Positions 8,688-15,907 of a DNA stretch of 23,317 bases are shown here, in pieces; positions within the stretch are counted from its first letter, which is position 1; each line of letters begins with the position of its first letter. Source of the DNA: an uncultured virus (IMG/VR IMGVR_UViG_3300009152_000002) (taxonomy: Duplodnaviria; Heunggongvirae; Uroviricota; Caudoviricetes); IMG/VR virus record IMGVR_UViG_3300009152_000002; one strand, given 5' to 3'. The notes beneath the pieces were generated by a model. That model was not told the DNA's origin and did not search any database. It worked only from the letters and a program-made list of their open reading frames with translations. The translations under genes and the position numbers were made by a program.

Positions 8688-9554
8688 TCAGGTGTCGTCG
8701 CCGCCCACTTGGGAAGCAAAGTCAATGAAGCCTTGGATATCATTCCAAGACACAGCAGCAGCTGCCTTGACGTAGTTAATACGGGCAAGAATGTAGGCTT
8801 TCTTACCAGCAGCAATATCAGCATCAGAGATATACACGCCGCCGCCAGAAGCGGTGGTAGCAGTGATCGCAGTAACAGTGGTAGCACGGAACGTGGTAGC
8901 CGCAGTAACTTTGTACACCATTGAGTTATCAAAGCCGGTGAGCTTGGCTGCACTGGTGTCAGTGGTAGCAGCAACAACGGAGCTAACGAAAGGAACAAAA
9001 CCGCCGGTAGTACCGCCGCCAGTGGTGGCGCCAGAACCTTGAGCAACTGTGTTGCTAGAAGCTGTCAGCCAGGAGCTAGCAGCTGCGATACCGTTGAGCT
9101 GAGGCGTGGCGGTAACACCAACGGGAAGACCGCTGGAGGTGGGGCCAAACATCAGAATATCTGAAGCGTTAGTGAACTTCAGATCAGCGGTCACAGGGTC
9201 GGCGGGGAAGCCGGGGGCTGGATCAGCCGTGGTACCAGCGGGAAGGTCCTTAGCAACAGCGATAGAAGCGCCGTAAACGTAAGAAGGAGATGCACTGGAG
9301 CCAGGAACAACCAGGGTCGTGATGTTGTCACGAACGCGGTCGTCGGTACGGCGATCAGGAGAAGGGATGATCAGATCCAAGCTCTTGTAGCTAGCAGCGG
9401 CGCCACTTGCATTGCTGATCGGCACATAGGCGATCAGTTCGTAAGCAGCGAAACCAGGCCAGCCAAACACACCTTCAGAGTTGAAGGAGGAAAGGCGATT
9501 GATCTGAGCACCAGGCTGGAGAATCTGGCCAGCACCAGTTTTATAAGTTGCCAT
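8688..9554 (-). CDS. Probable capsid decoration/minor capsid protein
   Basis: 288 aa, Ala/Thr/Ser/Gly-rich, directly after the MCP, GAGGT RBS, same GC-rich codon style as the MCP, followed by a terminator. Confidence 0.55.
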   Translation of the reverse strand: MATYKTGAGQILQPGAQINRLSSFNSEGVFGWPGFAAYELIAYVPISNASGAAASYKSLDLIIPSPDRRTDDRVRDNITTLVVPGSSASPSYVYGASIAVAKDLPAGTTADPAPGFPADPVTADLKFTNASDILMFGPTSSGLPVGVTATPQLNGIAAASSWLTASSNTVAQGSGATTGGGTTGGFVPFVSSVVAATTDTSAAKLTGFDNSMVYKVTAATTFRATTVTAITATTASGGGVYISDADIAAGKKAYILARINYVKAAAAVSWNDIQGFIDFASQVGGDDT

Positions 9555-9565
9555 TGTTAGTTACC

Positions 9566-10708
9566 TCAGGGAGCGATGGTGAAAGCAGAGGTAATGAAGT
9601 CCTTGTTCAGGTTGGCGAAGCCAGCGTACAGTTGCCAAATCAGGATGATAAAGCGGCTGAAGTCATCGTTGTTGTTGATGAGAACCTGAGCATTAGGACC
9701 GCCAATACCGACGCCCACTGCTTGAGGACCGAAGAACAGACCAGGAGGAGTGTTGTAGGTCAAAGAACCATCACCACCGCCAAGATCAACAGTTGCAGTC
9801 TTGTTAGCAAAGTTAGTGGACTCGAAGAAGCGAACGCCTTCAAACACGAAACCTGTAGGCATCACGGGCTCACCAGCAACGAACATGGCTTGGCCGTACT
9901 GACCACCACCGTAGATTGCTTGGTTAGGACCGCCAGCACCCATCAGAGGGTTGCCTTGGCCCATGCCGGGATAACGCGCAACTTCGCGGAAGCCCTGGTC
10001 AGCACGGAGGTCGCGCATGAACGTGGGGTCAGCGATACAACGGTAGTAACCGTCTTGGAACACGGGAACGTTGCGCTTGCGCAGCTGACGAACCACTTCC
10101 AGAAGGTCGGTTTTAACGTTGAACTTATAACGCTCCGAAGCATATTCGGTGGCGGTGTAAGTAGAAACGGTGCCGGAGGTGCGGGAGTGACCGTTGGGGT
10201 AGTAGTAACCACCTTGGGTATCGCCAGACTGACCACGGGTTTCCGATTTGGCCATTTCGTCCAGGAACACCCGGTCACGCCAGCGACGATAGTCGTCAAG
10301 CAGGGTCAGCGAACCGATGGACTGGTGGAACATGTTAAGGTTCCCGGTGTCCAGCAGCAGGCGCTGAGCTGTCATCAGAGTCTCACGAGCGATCTTGAAG
10401 GTGCTCGGAGCGTTGGCGTTGTTCGGGTCAGCAGGGCCGGTGTACTCACGCAGAGACACCAGAACCTTGTCCTTGACAATAGCCCGGCTGCTTGCGGTAC
10501 CGATGGTTTGATCCTGGGTACGCTCGCGGCTGGTCTTGGTACCAGGGTTGCCCCAGAAACGGTACCGGTCAAGTTGCACGGTCTGGCCGGGCTGCTTTGT
10601 AAAGTCGTGAACGACCACAGGTTCTGCGGCCATTTCCACGATGTAAGCCGGGTGGGGGCGATAAAGCTCCGCACCTAACAGCTTAGGAAAATCATTATCA
10701 ATAAACAT
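9566..10708 (-). CDS. Major capsid protein (HK97 fold, resembles N4-gp56-type MCPs)
   Basis: 380 aa. QPGQTVQLDRY (GxTVxF-like E-loop region), YYRCIADPTFMRDLRAD (YxxxxHP-like), GFVFEGVRFFESTN, LFFGPQAVGVG, IWQLYAGFANLN. Position downstream of terminase-portal-scaffold. Confidence 0.85.
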   Translation of the reverse strand: MFIDNDFPKLLGAELYRPHPAYIVEMAAEPVVVHDFTKQPGQTVQLDRYRFWGNPGTKTSRERTQDQTIGTASSRAIVKDKVLVSLREYTGPADPNNANAPSTFKIARETLMTAQRLLLDTGNLNMFHQSIGSLTLLDDYRRWRDRVFLDEMAKSETRGQSGDTQGGYYYPNGHSRTSGTVSTYTATEYASERYKFNVKTDLLEVVRQLRKRNVPVFQDGYYRCIADPTFMRDLRADQGFREVARYPGMGQGNPLMGAGGPNQAIYGGGQYGQAMFVAGEPVMPTGFVFEGVRFFESTNFANKTATVDLGGGDGSLTYNTPPGLFFGPQAVGVGIGGPNAQVLINNNDDFSRFIILIWQLYAGFANLNKDFITSAFTIAP

Positions 10709-10802
10709 GTGGGTTACTCAGCGTAAAGAAGTTAGCTGACACCAGAGGACGTGAATCCTCTATGCACATGGAACGAATGTTCCACTAGTAATAATTATAA
10801 CA
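10709..10802 (-). promoter_or_regulatory. Extended -10 promoter (TGtTATAAT) and structured 5' leader of the capsid gene
   Basis: TATAAT at 10794-10799 preceded by TG-n; three inverted repeats at 10769-10784, 10744-10761 and 10718-10739. Confidence 0.6.
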
Positions 10803-10823
10803 ACAACTTACTTATAGCCGTTA

Positions 10824-11096
10824 TTAACTTCCGGGAACGTATCCACCGCCGATGACGTTACCAGGGTTGTAGTGGTTGTTGAGCATCTGGCCCATGCGGT
10901 GATAAGGGTTCACCGTTTGAGTTTGATCTTGCATTGCAATGTTCTGAGCCTGAATTTCAGGTGTCAAACCTTGTGCAGCCATTTGCTGTTGTTGCAGGGC
11001 TCCCAGTTGAGCAGCTTGTTGAGCGGAGTCCGCTGCTTTTTGTTTTGTCCGTGCTTTGGCCTTGGACTTAGCTTGTTTTGCTTTAGATGAATCCAT
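10824..11096 (-). CDS. Small basic/Gln-rich hypothetical protein
   Basis: ATG 11096 (MDSSKAKQAK) lies just after the upstream TGA and is preferred over TTG 11102. Confidence 0.65.
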   Translation of the reverse strand: MDSSKAKQAKSKAKARTKQKAADSAQQAAQLGALQQQQMAAQGLTPEIQAQNIAMQDQTQTVNPYHRMGQMLNNHYNPGNVIGGGYVPGS

Positions 11097-11098
11097 GA

Positions 11099-11566
11099 TC
11101 AACCCCGTGCACGTTGTTGTGCTGCTTTTGCGCCCATTTGTTGAGCGGCTGCAACAGCGTTACCAATTGGAAGTTGCCCGGTAAAAGGCATCATCCCGGT
11201 CATCATGCGCTGATCCATCGTGAGCATGCTGTCTTGCGTAATCTGAGCAGCTTTGGTGTTGTGCGGGGCCATCAGGCCGTACATGGGAAGAGGAGAACCT
11301 TGCTGGTTCAGCATCAGATACCCGTCAGACAGGTTAGCAGGCATCGGTACGGCTTGGTTGTGTGGGGAACCAATCACAGCTGTTGATCCAGCTCCACGTT
11401 GCCTGGCGTATTGGTCGCTATTTCCTGCAACCAGTTGTTCTTGGATATTGCCAGCTCCATAAGTAACAAGGTTGGGTGCCGTCATCGCACCCACGGGGCC
11501 ACCAGCAGTACCAATCTGCGAAAGAAACTGGGAAGCTCGATCACCGACGCTAGCTTTTCCTGCCAT
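11099..11566 (-). CDS. Gln/Met/Gly-rich hypothetical protein, possible internal virion protein
   Basis: 155 aa, ATG start, TAGAAT upstream (11610-11615). Confidence 0.65.
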   Translation of the reverse strand: MAGKASVGDRASQFLSQIGTAGGPVGAMTAPNLVTYGAGNIQEQLVAGNSDQYARQRGAGSTAVIGSPHNQAVPMPANLSDGYLMLNQQGSPLPMYGLMAPHNTKAAQITQDSMLTMDQRMMTGMMPFTGQLPIGNAVAAAQQMGAKAAQQRARG

Positions 11567-11626
11567 ATTTATAACCTTAATTTAAAAAGGAGCTGTACTC
11601 TTGTTTACTATTCTAAACTTAGTTGA

Positions 11627-12031
11627 TCAATAAACAATTGGCATCTGAACGCCAAGTTGAGCACCCAAATCACGGCCAGCCATACGTTCACCTCTTTTTT
11701 TATTCCCACGTGCAATGGCTGTTGCAGCTGCACCAAGCCCTAAGGCTCCTGCTCCTAGAACACCTGCTCCAACGTTCTGTGCAACCTGTGGGTTCAACAT
11801 TTGAACTTGCATATTCTGTGCGACTTGGGGTAGCCCCATGGCCCCCAATAAGCCATGTGTGGGAGGAATAACTTGCCGATGGTAGCCACCAAAAGGATCT
11901 TGCGCCATTTGCGCTTTCCCAGGAACTCCAGCAACGGCTGTTCCTACAGCAGAACCAATTTGTCCAAGTTTGGGTCCAACTTGAGCACCTAACTGGCCAA
12001 GGAACGCAGCAGCTTTATCACGAATAGCCAT
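11627..12031 (-). CDS. Gly/Ala/Gln-rich protein with glycine-zipper-like hydrophobic segment (RMAG motif)
   Basis: 134 aa; VGAGVLGAGALGLGAAATAIA followed by basic RGNKKR; PQVAQN occurs twice. Confidence 0.65.
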   Translation of the reverse strand: MAIRDKAAAFLGQLGAQVGPKLGQIGSAVGTAVAGVPGKAQMAQDPFGGYHRQVIPPTHGLLGAMGLPQVAQNMQVQMLNPQVAQNVGAGVLGAGALGLGAAATAIARGNKKRGERMAGRDLGAQLGVQMPIVY

Positions 12032-12041
12032 ATTAACAAAT

Positions 12042-12075
12042 AAAAAGGGGCAGCCTTTGCTACCTTTTATTTTAC
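12042..12075. repeat. Direct repeat copy A (-10 box plus weakened terminator hairpin)
   Basis: aaaaaggggcagcctttgctaccttttattttac; 31/34 identical to 12832-12865. Confidence 0.9.
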
Positions 12076-12091
12076 AAGCACTTTGTTTAGG

Positions 12092-12829
12092 CTAAACAGC
12101 TTCAGGATCTTCAATAATTTCAGTTTTTTTCAAACGGCTTTTTATTTTTTCTCCGGCCATCCTCAATCCCCTTCCTGCTGCTGTTGCCAAAAGACCCGTT
12201 GCGGCTGGCGCAAGAAGATATGGTACGGCTTGACTGACAGCAAGTTTCCAGTTGCCAGGGGTGCCAGCAGCGCTTAAATACTTCATCCCCCTTCTCGTTG
12301 CTTCTATTTCCGAAGCAATTAGCGGAGCTTGTGCCAAATAAGATAATCCAACAGTATTGGCTAATGCTCCAATATTGCTTTTTTTGCTTGCCGCTAACCC
12401 AATTAAGGCAGGAAGGGCCAAAGGAGAGCTTGCTAGATCTGGTGCATTTTCTTGAATGCTGCTGAAAATTCCTGGCTGCTTGTGAATTGCCCTATGCCCC
12501 AATTCATGTGCCAGAGTAAATAGATGTGCGTTGGGACCATAACTTACATAACCAGAGCCGCCCGGCTCCATGGTGTAAGATCCTAGGTTATTTGGATCAT
12601 TTGATCTGTAAACTGTTGGTTTTTTTAATCCTGAAATATTTTGATGCGCTTGTATTACTTTGTTTTTTAATTCTTGCGAAGAGGGATCCGATAAAGTTAA
12701 GTAATTAGCGTGCTTTGCTTCTTGTTCAAAAGTTCTCCAAACAGCTGTAGGTACTGCTTTTTTGTTAATTAAATGTCCGGCACCTGCTGCTGCTAATGCA
12801 AACAAACTTTGTTTTACAGCATCATTCAC
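12092..12829 (-). CDS. Putative Zn metallopeptidase (HEXXH), possibly membrane-associated
   Basis: LAHELGH, hydrophobic segments, then SEIEATRRG (third-ligand Glu), the arrangement seen in neutral zinc peptidase (Zn_peptidase_2-like) proteins. GTG start; visibly more AT-rich than flanking genes. Confidence 0.65.
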   Translation of the reverse strand: MNDAVKQSLFALAAAGAGHLINKKAVPTAVWRTFEQEAKHANYLTLSDPSSQELKNKVIQAHQNISGLKKPTVYRSNDPNNLGSYTMEPGGSGYVSYGPNAHLFTLAHELGHRAIHKQPGIFSSIQENAPDLASSPLALPALIGLAASKKSNIGALANTVGLSYLAQAPLIASEIEATRRGMKYLSAAGTPGNWKLAVSQAVPYLLAPAATGLLATAAGRGLRMAGEKIKSRLKKTEIIEDPEAV

Positions 12830-12831
12830 AA

Positions 12832-12865
12832 AAAAAGGGGCAGCCTTTGCTACCCCTTATTCTAC
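12832..12865 (-). terminator. Direct repeat copy B: intrinsic terminator after the scaffold gene, abutting a TAGAAT -10 box
   Basis: Minus strand gTAGAAT-AAGGGGTAGC-aaag-GCTGCCCCTT-TTTTT, directly followed by the GTG at 12829. Confidence 0.75.
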
Positions 12866-12911
12866 GTTTAGTTAATTTCTCGATAAATGGCGTTTACCCG
12901 TTTTCCGAGTA

Positions 12912-13928
12912 TCACTCCATCACCAAGAGCTTCTGACGGAACACTTCGGGGTTAGACGAAGCTTGGTTCAGATAGCGCCAAGCGTTTGCAGGATCGCGCT
13001 CTGCCAGGGAGCCGAAGCTATTCCAGAAGTCGCCAGGGTTGCCCTGTGCTTGAGGCTGCGGAGGAGCAGGCATCTCAGGACGCTGAGGAGCCACAGGAGG
13101 AGCACCAGCTGGACGTACAAACTGTTGGCCAACTTGCTGACCGTAGACAGGAGCGTCATCGGGAACGGGGTAGGGACCGTTTTCGCCGAAGAACTCGCAG
13201 GTGTAGTCGGCCAGAACATCAGGATCAGTCAGGATGGTCTCATAAGCGCGATGCTCTTGAGACATTTCCTGAAGCAGGTTCACTGCATGGACCAACTGCT
13301 CATTGGTCTGGATGAGAGCATCCTCAATGTTGCAAGCGTAGTTGTTGAGAACAGCCGGAGCATCAGCACCGAAGTAATCAATAACCTGTAGGCTGGCGTC
13401 ACTTACTCCGTTTGCGCGGAGTTGATCCGCCGTTATTTCCTGAGAAGTTTGGGAATAGTTGTTGGAGTAAGCCTGGTTGCTGTTGATCCCAGGCGAATAG
13501 GTCTGCGTCCCCTGGTTGCTGTACTGAGTTGGTGCTACCTGGGAACTGTAGTTGGCGGGAACGGTCTGCTGAGTCCCGTTCGATTGTTGACCCTGGAAGG
13601 GGAATTGGACGGGCGAACTCAGGAGCCCTACCAGGCTGTTGAACGCCGACTTGTAGGGGTTGTCCCCCTGGGGCGCTTGTGGGGCTGCCTGGTACGCTTG
13701 GGGGTACGACGCTGTAGGGTTGAACTGGGGTTGTTGGACCCCCATCTGGGCCTGCATTTGCGGGGCTGGGGCCACCGCTGTTTGGTAGGGCGCCACCCAC
13801 TGCGAAGTTGTTGCCACCGAAGGTGCCTGAGCCGCCGTCTGCTGCATTACTGGAGCCGCGTAGCTGATCGGCTGGGTCTGGGATACTTGGGGTGCCGACT
13901 GGGTCGGCATTACGGTATCGGCCTGCAT
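12912..13928 (-). CDS. Putative capsid scaffolding protein (Gln/Pro-rich N-half, helical C-half)
   Basis: 338 aa, follows the portal; GAGGT RBS at 13934-13938 inside the portal CDS; helical acidic segment IEDALIQTNEQLVHAVNLLQEMSQE. Function from position and composition. Confidence 0.6.
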   Translation of the reverse strand: MQADTVMPTQSAPQVSQTQPISYAAPVMQQTAAQAPSVATTSQWVAPYQTAVAPAPQMQAQMGVQQPQFNPTASYPQAYQAAPQAPQGDNPYKSAFNSLVGLLSSPVQFPFQGQQSNGTQQTVPANYSSQVAPTQYSNQGTQTYSPGINSNQAYSNNYSQTSQEITADQLRANGVSDASLQVIDYFGADAPAVLNNYACNIEDALIQTNEQLVHAVNLLQEMSQEHRAYETILTDPDVLADYTCEFFGENGPYPVPDDAPVYGQQVGQQFVRPAGAPPVAPQRPEMPAPPQPQAQGNPGDFWNSFGSLAERDPANAWRYLNQASSNPEVFRQKLLVME

Positions 13929-15660
13929 AGGTTACCTCTTTTTGTAGGCTTTCGAGAGTTCGGTAAAGGAAGGGGGTGAGATCAAGTCTCGGATCCGCAG
14001 CCATCGGAAGATTAGGTTGCTGCGGATGGGGGGTCCTCATTTCTTGATTTACGAGATCAATAAATGTGGCCATTGCCCTCTGTACTTCTCCCACCATCCG
14101 GAACGGGAATCCGCCGAGCATGCCAGCGACTTCGTCGTCCGTTTTTGAAGGGAATAAATACTTCAGTGCTTCTATGCTATCAACACCTAACTCCTGTAGG
14201 TTTCGAGTAAAGATCGATTGGTTAAGTTTGTCCTGTGTTGTGTCTTCATAAACAGGTCCCATCCAGCGCCAGCAAACCGTTCTATCCCCATCAGGAGCTA
14301 ATCCAAGAACACCGGGGGGGATCTCTTTTGTTTCAACTGCAGTATCAATTGCTTTCTGAAGTTTCTTTTCATATACTGCTTTTTGTTTTTCGTATTTAGC
14401 TTGTAAAGCTTCGTCACTAAGATCGGCAGGAGGATCAGGAAATTTAATTCCGGAAGCGTAAGCGAGCGACTTACGGAAAATCTGCTCCTCCTGGAAAACC
14501 ATTAACTCAAGGCACTTACAAACACCATAGGTATAAAGTTGTAAGCACTTTTTCTTGGCCGTTGCACTTACCCGTCCATAAGCTGATTTAATCTCCGTAG
14601 CGGTTACATTGGTAATACTAAGATCGTCGATGCCGCCTAAAGCAAGCCGGATCTCACTACGAAGCTGTTCGGCATACCGTGCCTGGTCAGAACTGATCGC
14701 ATTAGGTGTAATAAAACCAACACGATCTGATGGCTCCAGGTTGGCAATAACCCGTGGAACACGCATGCCACTACCTGGTTTACCGTAATAACCAGGATGC
14801 TGACGAGTTACGTTATCAGATTTATATGTAGAGCTGGAAAGACTGAACTCTGATTGGAAGCCAGACTGACTGGAAATACTAGGGCGTTGGGAAACATCAC
14901 CATCTGTTTTCTCAATAATGTCTTGCTTCGGCCTAGAAGACAGAAGAGTTGGGTTACCAAAGAACGAAAGGTTTGCCCTGATGTTTTTAACCATCTCATC
15001 ATGAGCGATGATTTGGTTAGACAACCATTCAAACTCACCATGCCCGTCAGTACCAAAAGCATCGGGATTATTAAAAACTTCAACACACGGAATAAACTCC
15101 ATGGTGTTGACAGTTGTGGTGGTATTTCCTAACGTGGCGTACTCAATTTCAGTGTCAAATGATAATTCTTGTTCGCTGTGACATTCTTGAATTTCAGTGG
15201 CGGTAATCCGCAACCGCATGTAGCGCTTGTCAGTTGAAAGGCCGATGCCGCCAAACCCACGGCTAGATTTGACCTTGTATGGATAAATAATGATAACTTC
15301 TTCCAGATCACCCTCTGGCGTGTAGTAGGTTCGGTACGCGTCTTTGTCGAACCAGTACAGGCGGTACGTTTTCTTGGTGGGACGAATATAGAAAAGACCT
15401 TTGCCGTATGCCAAAAACCGATCCCACATGGAATCAAGCCGGGCGTCTAGCTTGTTAAATTTGATGACTTGTTGAATAAAGTCAAACCGTTGAGTGCCAA
15501 AGTTGTCCTGATGCGGATAGAACTCGACGCCCTGACGGATGCCGAACATCTTCATCTGAGAAAGATGAGCGTTCAACAGCATGGTATCGGCGCCACCGTC
15601 CGAATCCCTGTTGACGATTGACCGGATGAAATCCTCTAGGACTGTTTTGTTTTCGGACAT
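13399..15660 (-). CDS. Portal protein with long Gly/Pro/Ser-rich C-terminal tail
   Basis: 753 aa after terminase. Portal-like segments: FLAYGKGLFYI, MEFIPCVEVFNNP..GxxEFE, NLSFFGNP, TATEIK. The last ~176 codons overlap the scaffold gene. Confidence 0.8.
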   Translation of the reverse strand: MSENKTVLEDFIRSIVNRDSDGGADTMLLNAHLSQMKMFGIRQGVEFYPHQDNFGTQRFDFIQQVIKFNKLDARLDSMWDRFLAYGKGLFYIRPTKKTYRLYWFDKDAYRTYYTPEGDLEEVIIIYPYKVKSSRGFGGIGLSTDKRYMRLRITATEIQECHSEQELSFDTEIEYATLGNTTTTVNTMEFIPCVEVFNNPDAFGTDGHGEFEWLSNQIIAHDEMVKNIRANLSFFGNPTLLSSRPKQDIIEKTDGDVSQRPSISSQSGFQSEFSLSSSTYKSDNVTRQHPGYYGKPGSGMRVPRVIANLEPSDRVGFITPNAISSDQARYAEQLRSEIRLALGGIDDLSITNVTATEIKSAYGRVSATAKKKCLQLYTYGVCKCLELMVFQEEQIFRKSLAYASGIKFPDPPADLSDEALQAKYEKQKAVYEKKLQKAIDTAVETKEIPPGVLGLAPDGDRTVCWRWMGPVYEDTTQDKLNQSIFTRNLQELGVDSIEALKYLFPSKTDDEVAGMLGGFPFRMVGEVQRAMATFIDLVNQEMRTPHPQQPNLPMAADPRLDLTPFLYRTLESLQKEVTYAGRYRNADPVGTPSIPDPADQLRGSSNAADGGSGTFGGNNFAVGGALPNSGGPSPANAGPDGGPTTPVQPYSVVPPSVPGSPTSAPGGQPLQVGVQQPGRAPEFARPIPLPGSTIERDSADRSRQLQFPGSTNSVQQPGDADLFAWDQQQPGLLQQLFPNFSGNNGGSTPRKRSK

Positions 15661-15682
15661 TCGTTAGGAGACTCTGTATCTA

Positions 15683-15865
15683 TTATGCCTCAATTTCGTA
15701 ACCGGCGTGCAGCCTTTTAAGGGTGATTACATCATCCTCCACTTCAACGTCAAAACGTTCACCTGGGGACAACCCCATGTCGTGGCACAATTCGTCGGGC
15801 AAGGGCACAACAGCAGAACCGTATGCATCCTGGTCTAATTCGATGATGTAGTATCCGGTAGACAT
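15683..15865 (-). CDS. AbrB/MazE/SpoVT-family DNA-binding protein
   Basis: GSAVVPLPDELCHDMGLSPGERFDVEVEDDVITLKRL is the swapped-hairpin signature. Confidence 0.85.
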   Translation of the reverse strand: MSTGYYIIELDQDAYGSAVVPLPDELCHDMGLSPGERFDVEVEDDVITLKRLHAGYEIEA

Positions 15866-15907
15866 TGTTGAGTGATTTTATAAGTTTAAATCCAGATTAC
15901 TTTAACC

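Noticed and set aside
8579..9046. N-terminal extension of ORF 8138-9046
   Set aside because: Alternative-frame read of the decoration gene with Leu/Pro-rich nonsense composition; it crosses a terminator.
9548..10678. 376-aa plus-strand ORF opposite the capsid gene
   Set aside because: Codon-aligned antisense shadow of a strongly biased gene; no recognisable motifs and against the orientation of the whole region.
12042..12865. Direct repeats as CRISPR, att sites or IS ends
   Set aside because: Only two copies 790 nt apart; no cas, integrase or transposase in the window; the sequence is explained as terminator plus -10 box.
13936..13945. CAAAAAG as a programmed frameshift fusing portal and scaffold
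   Set aside because: Not an in-frame X XXY YYZ heptamer, and the scaffold frame has a TAA right after it.
12963..13979. Extra ORFs over the scaffold/portal region (12963-13391 +, 12986-13315 +, 13422-13979 +, 12968-13219 -)
   Set aside because: Expected by-products of GC-rich, stop-poor sequence; no supporting RBS or motifs.
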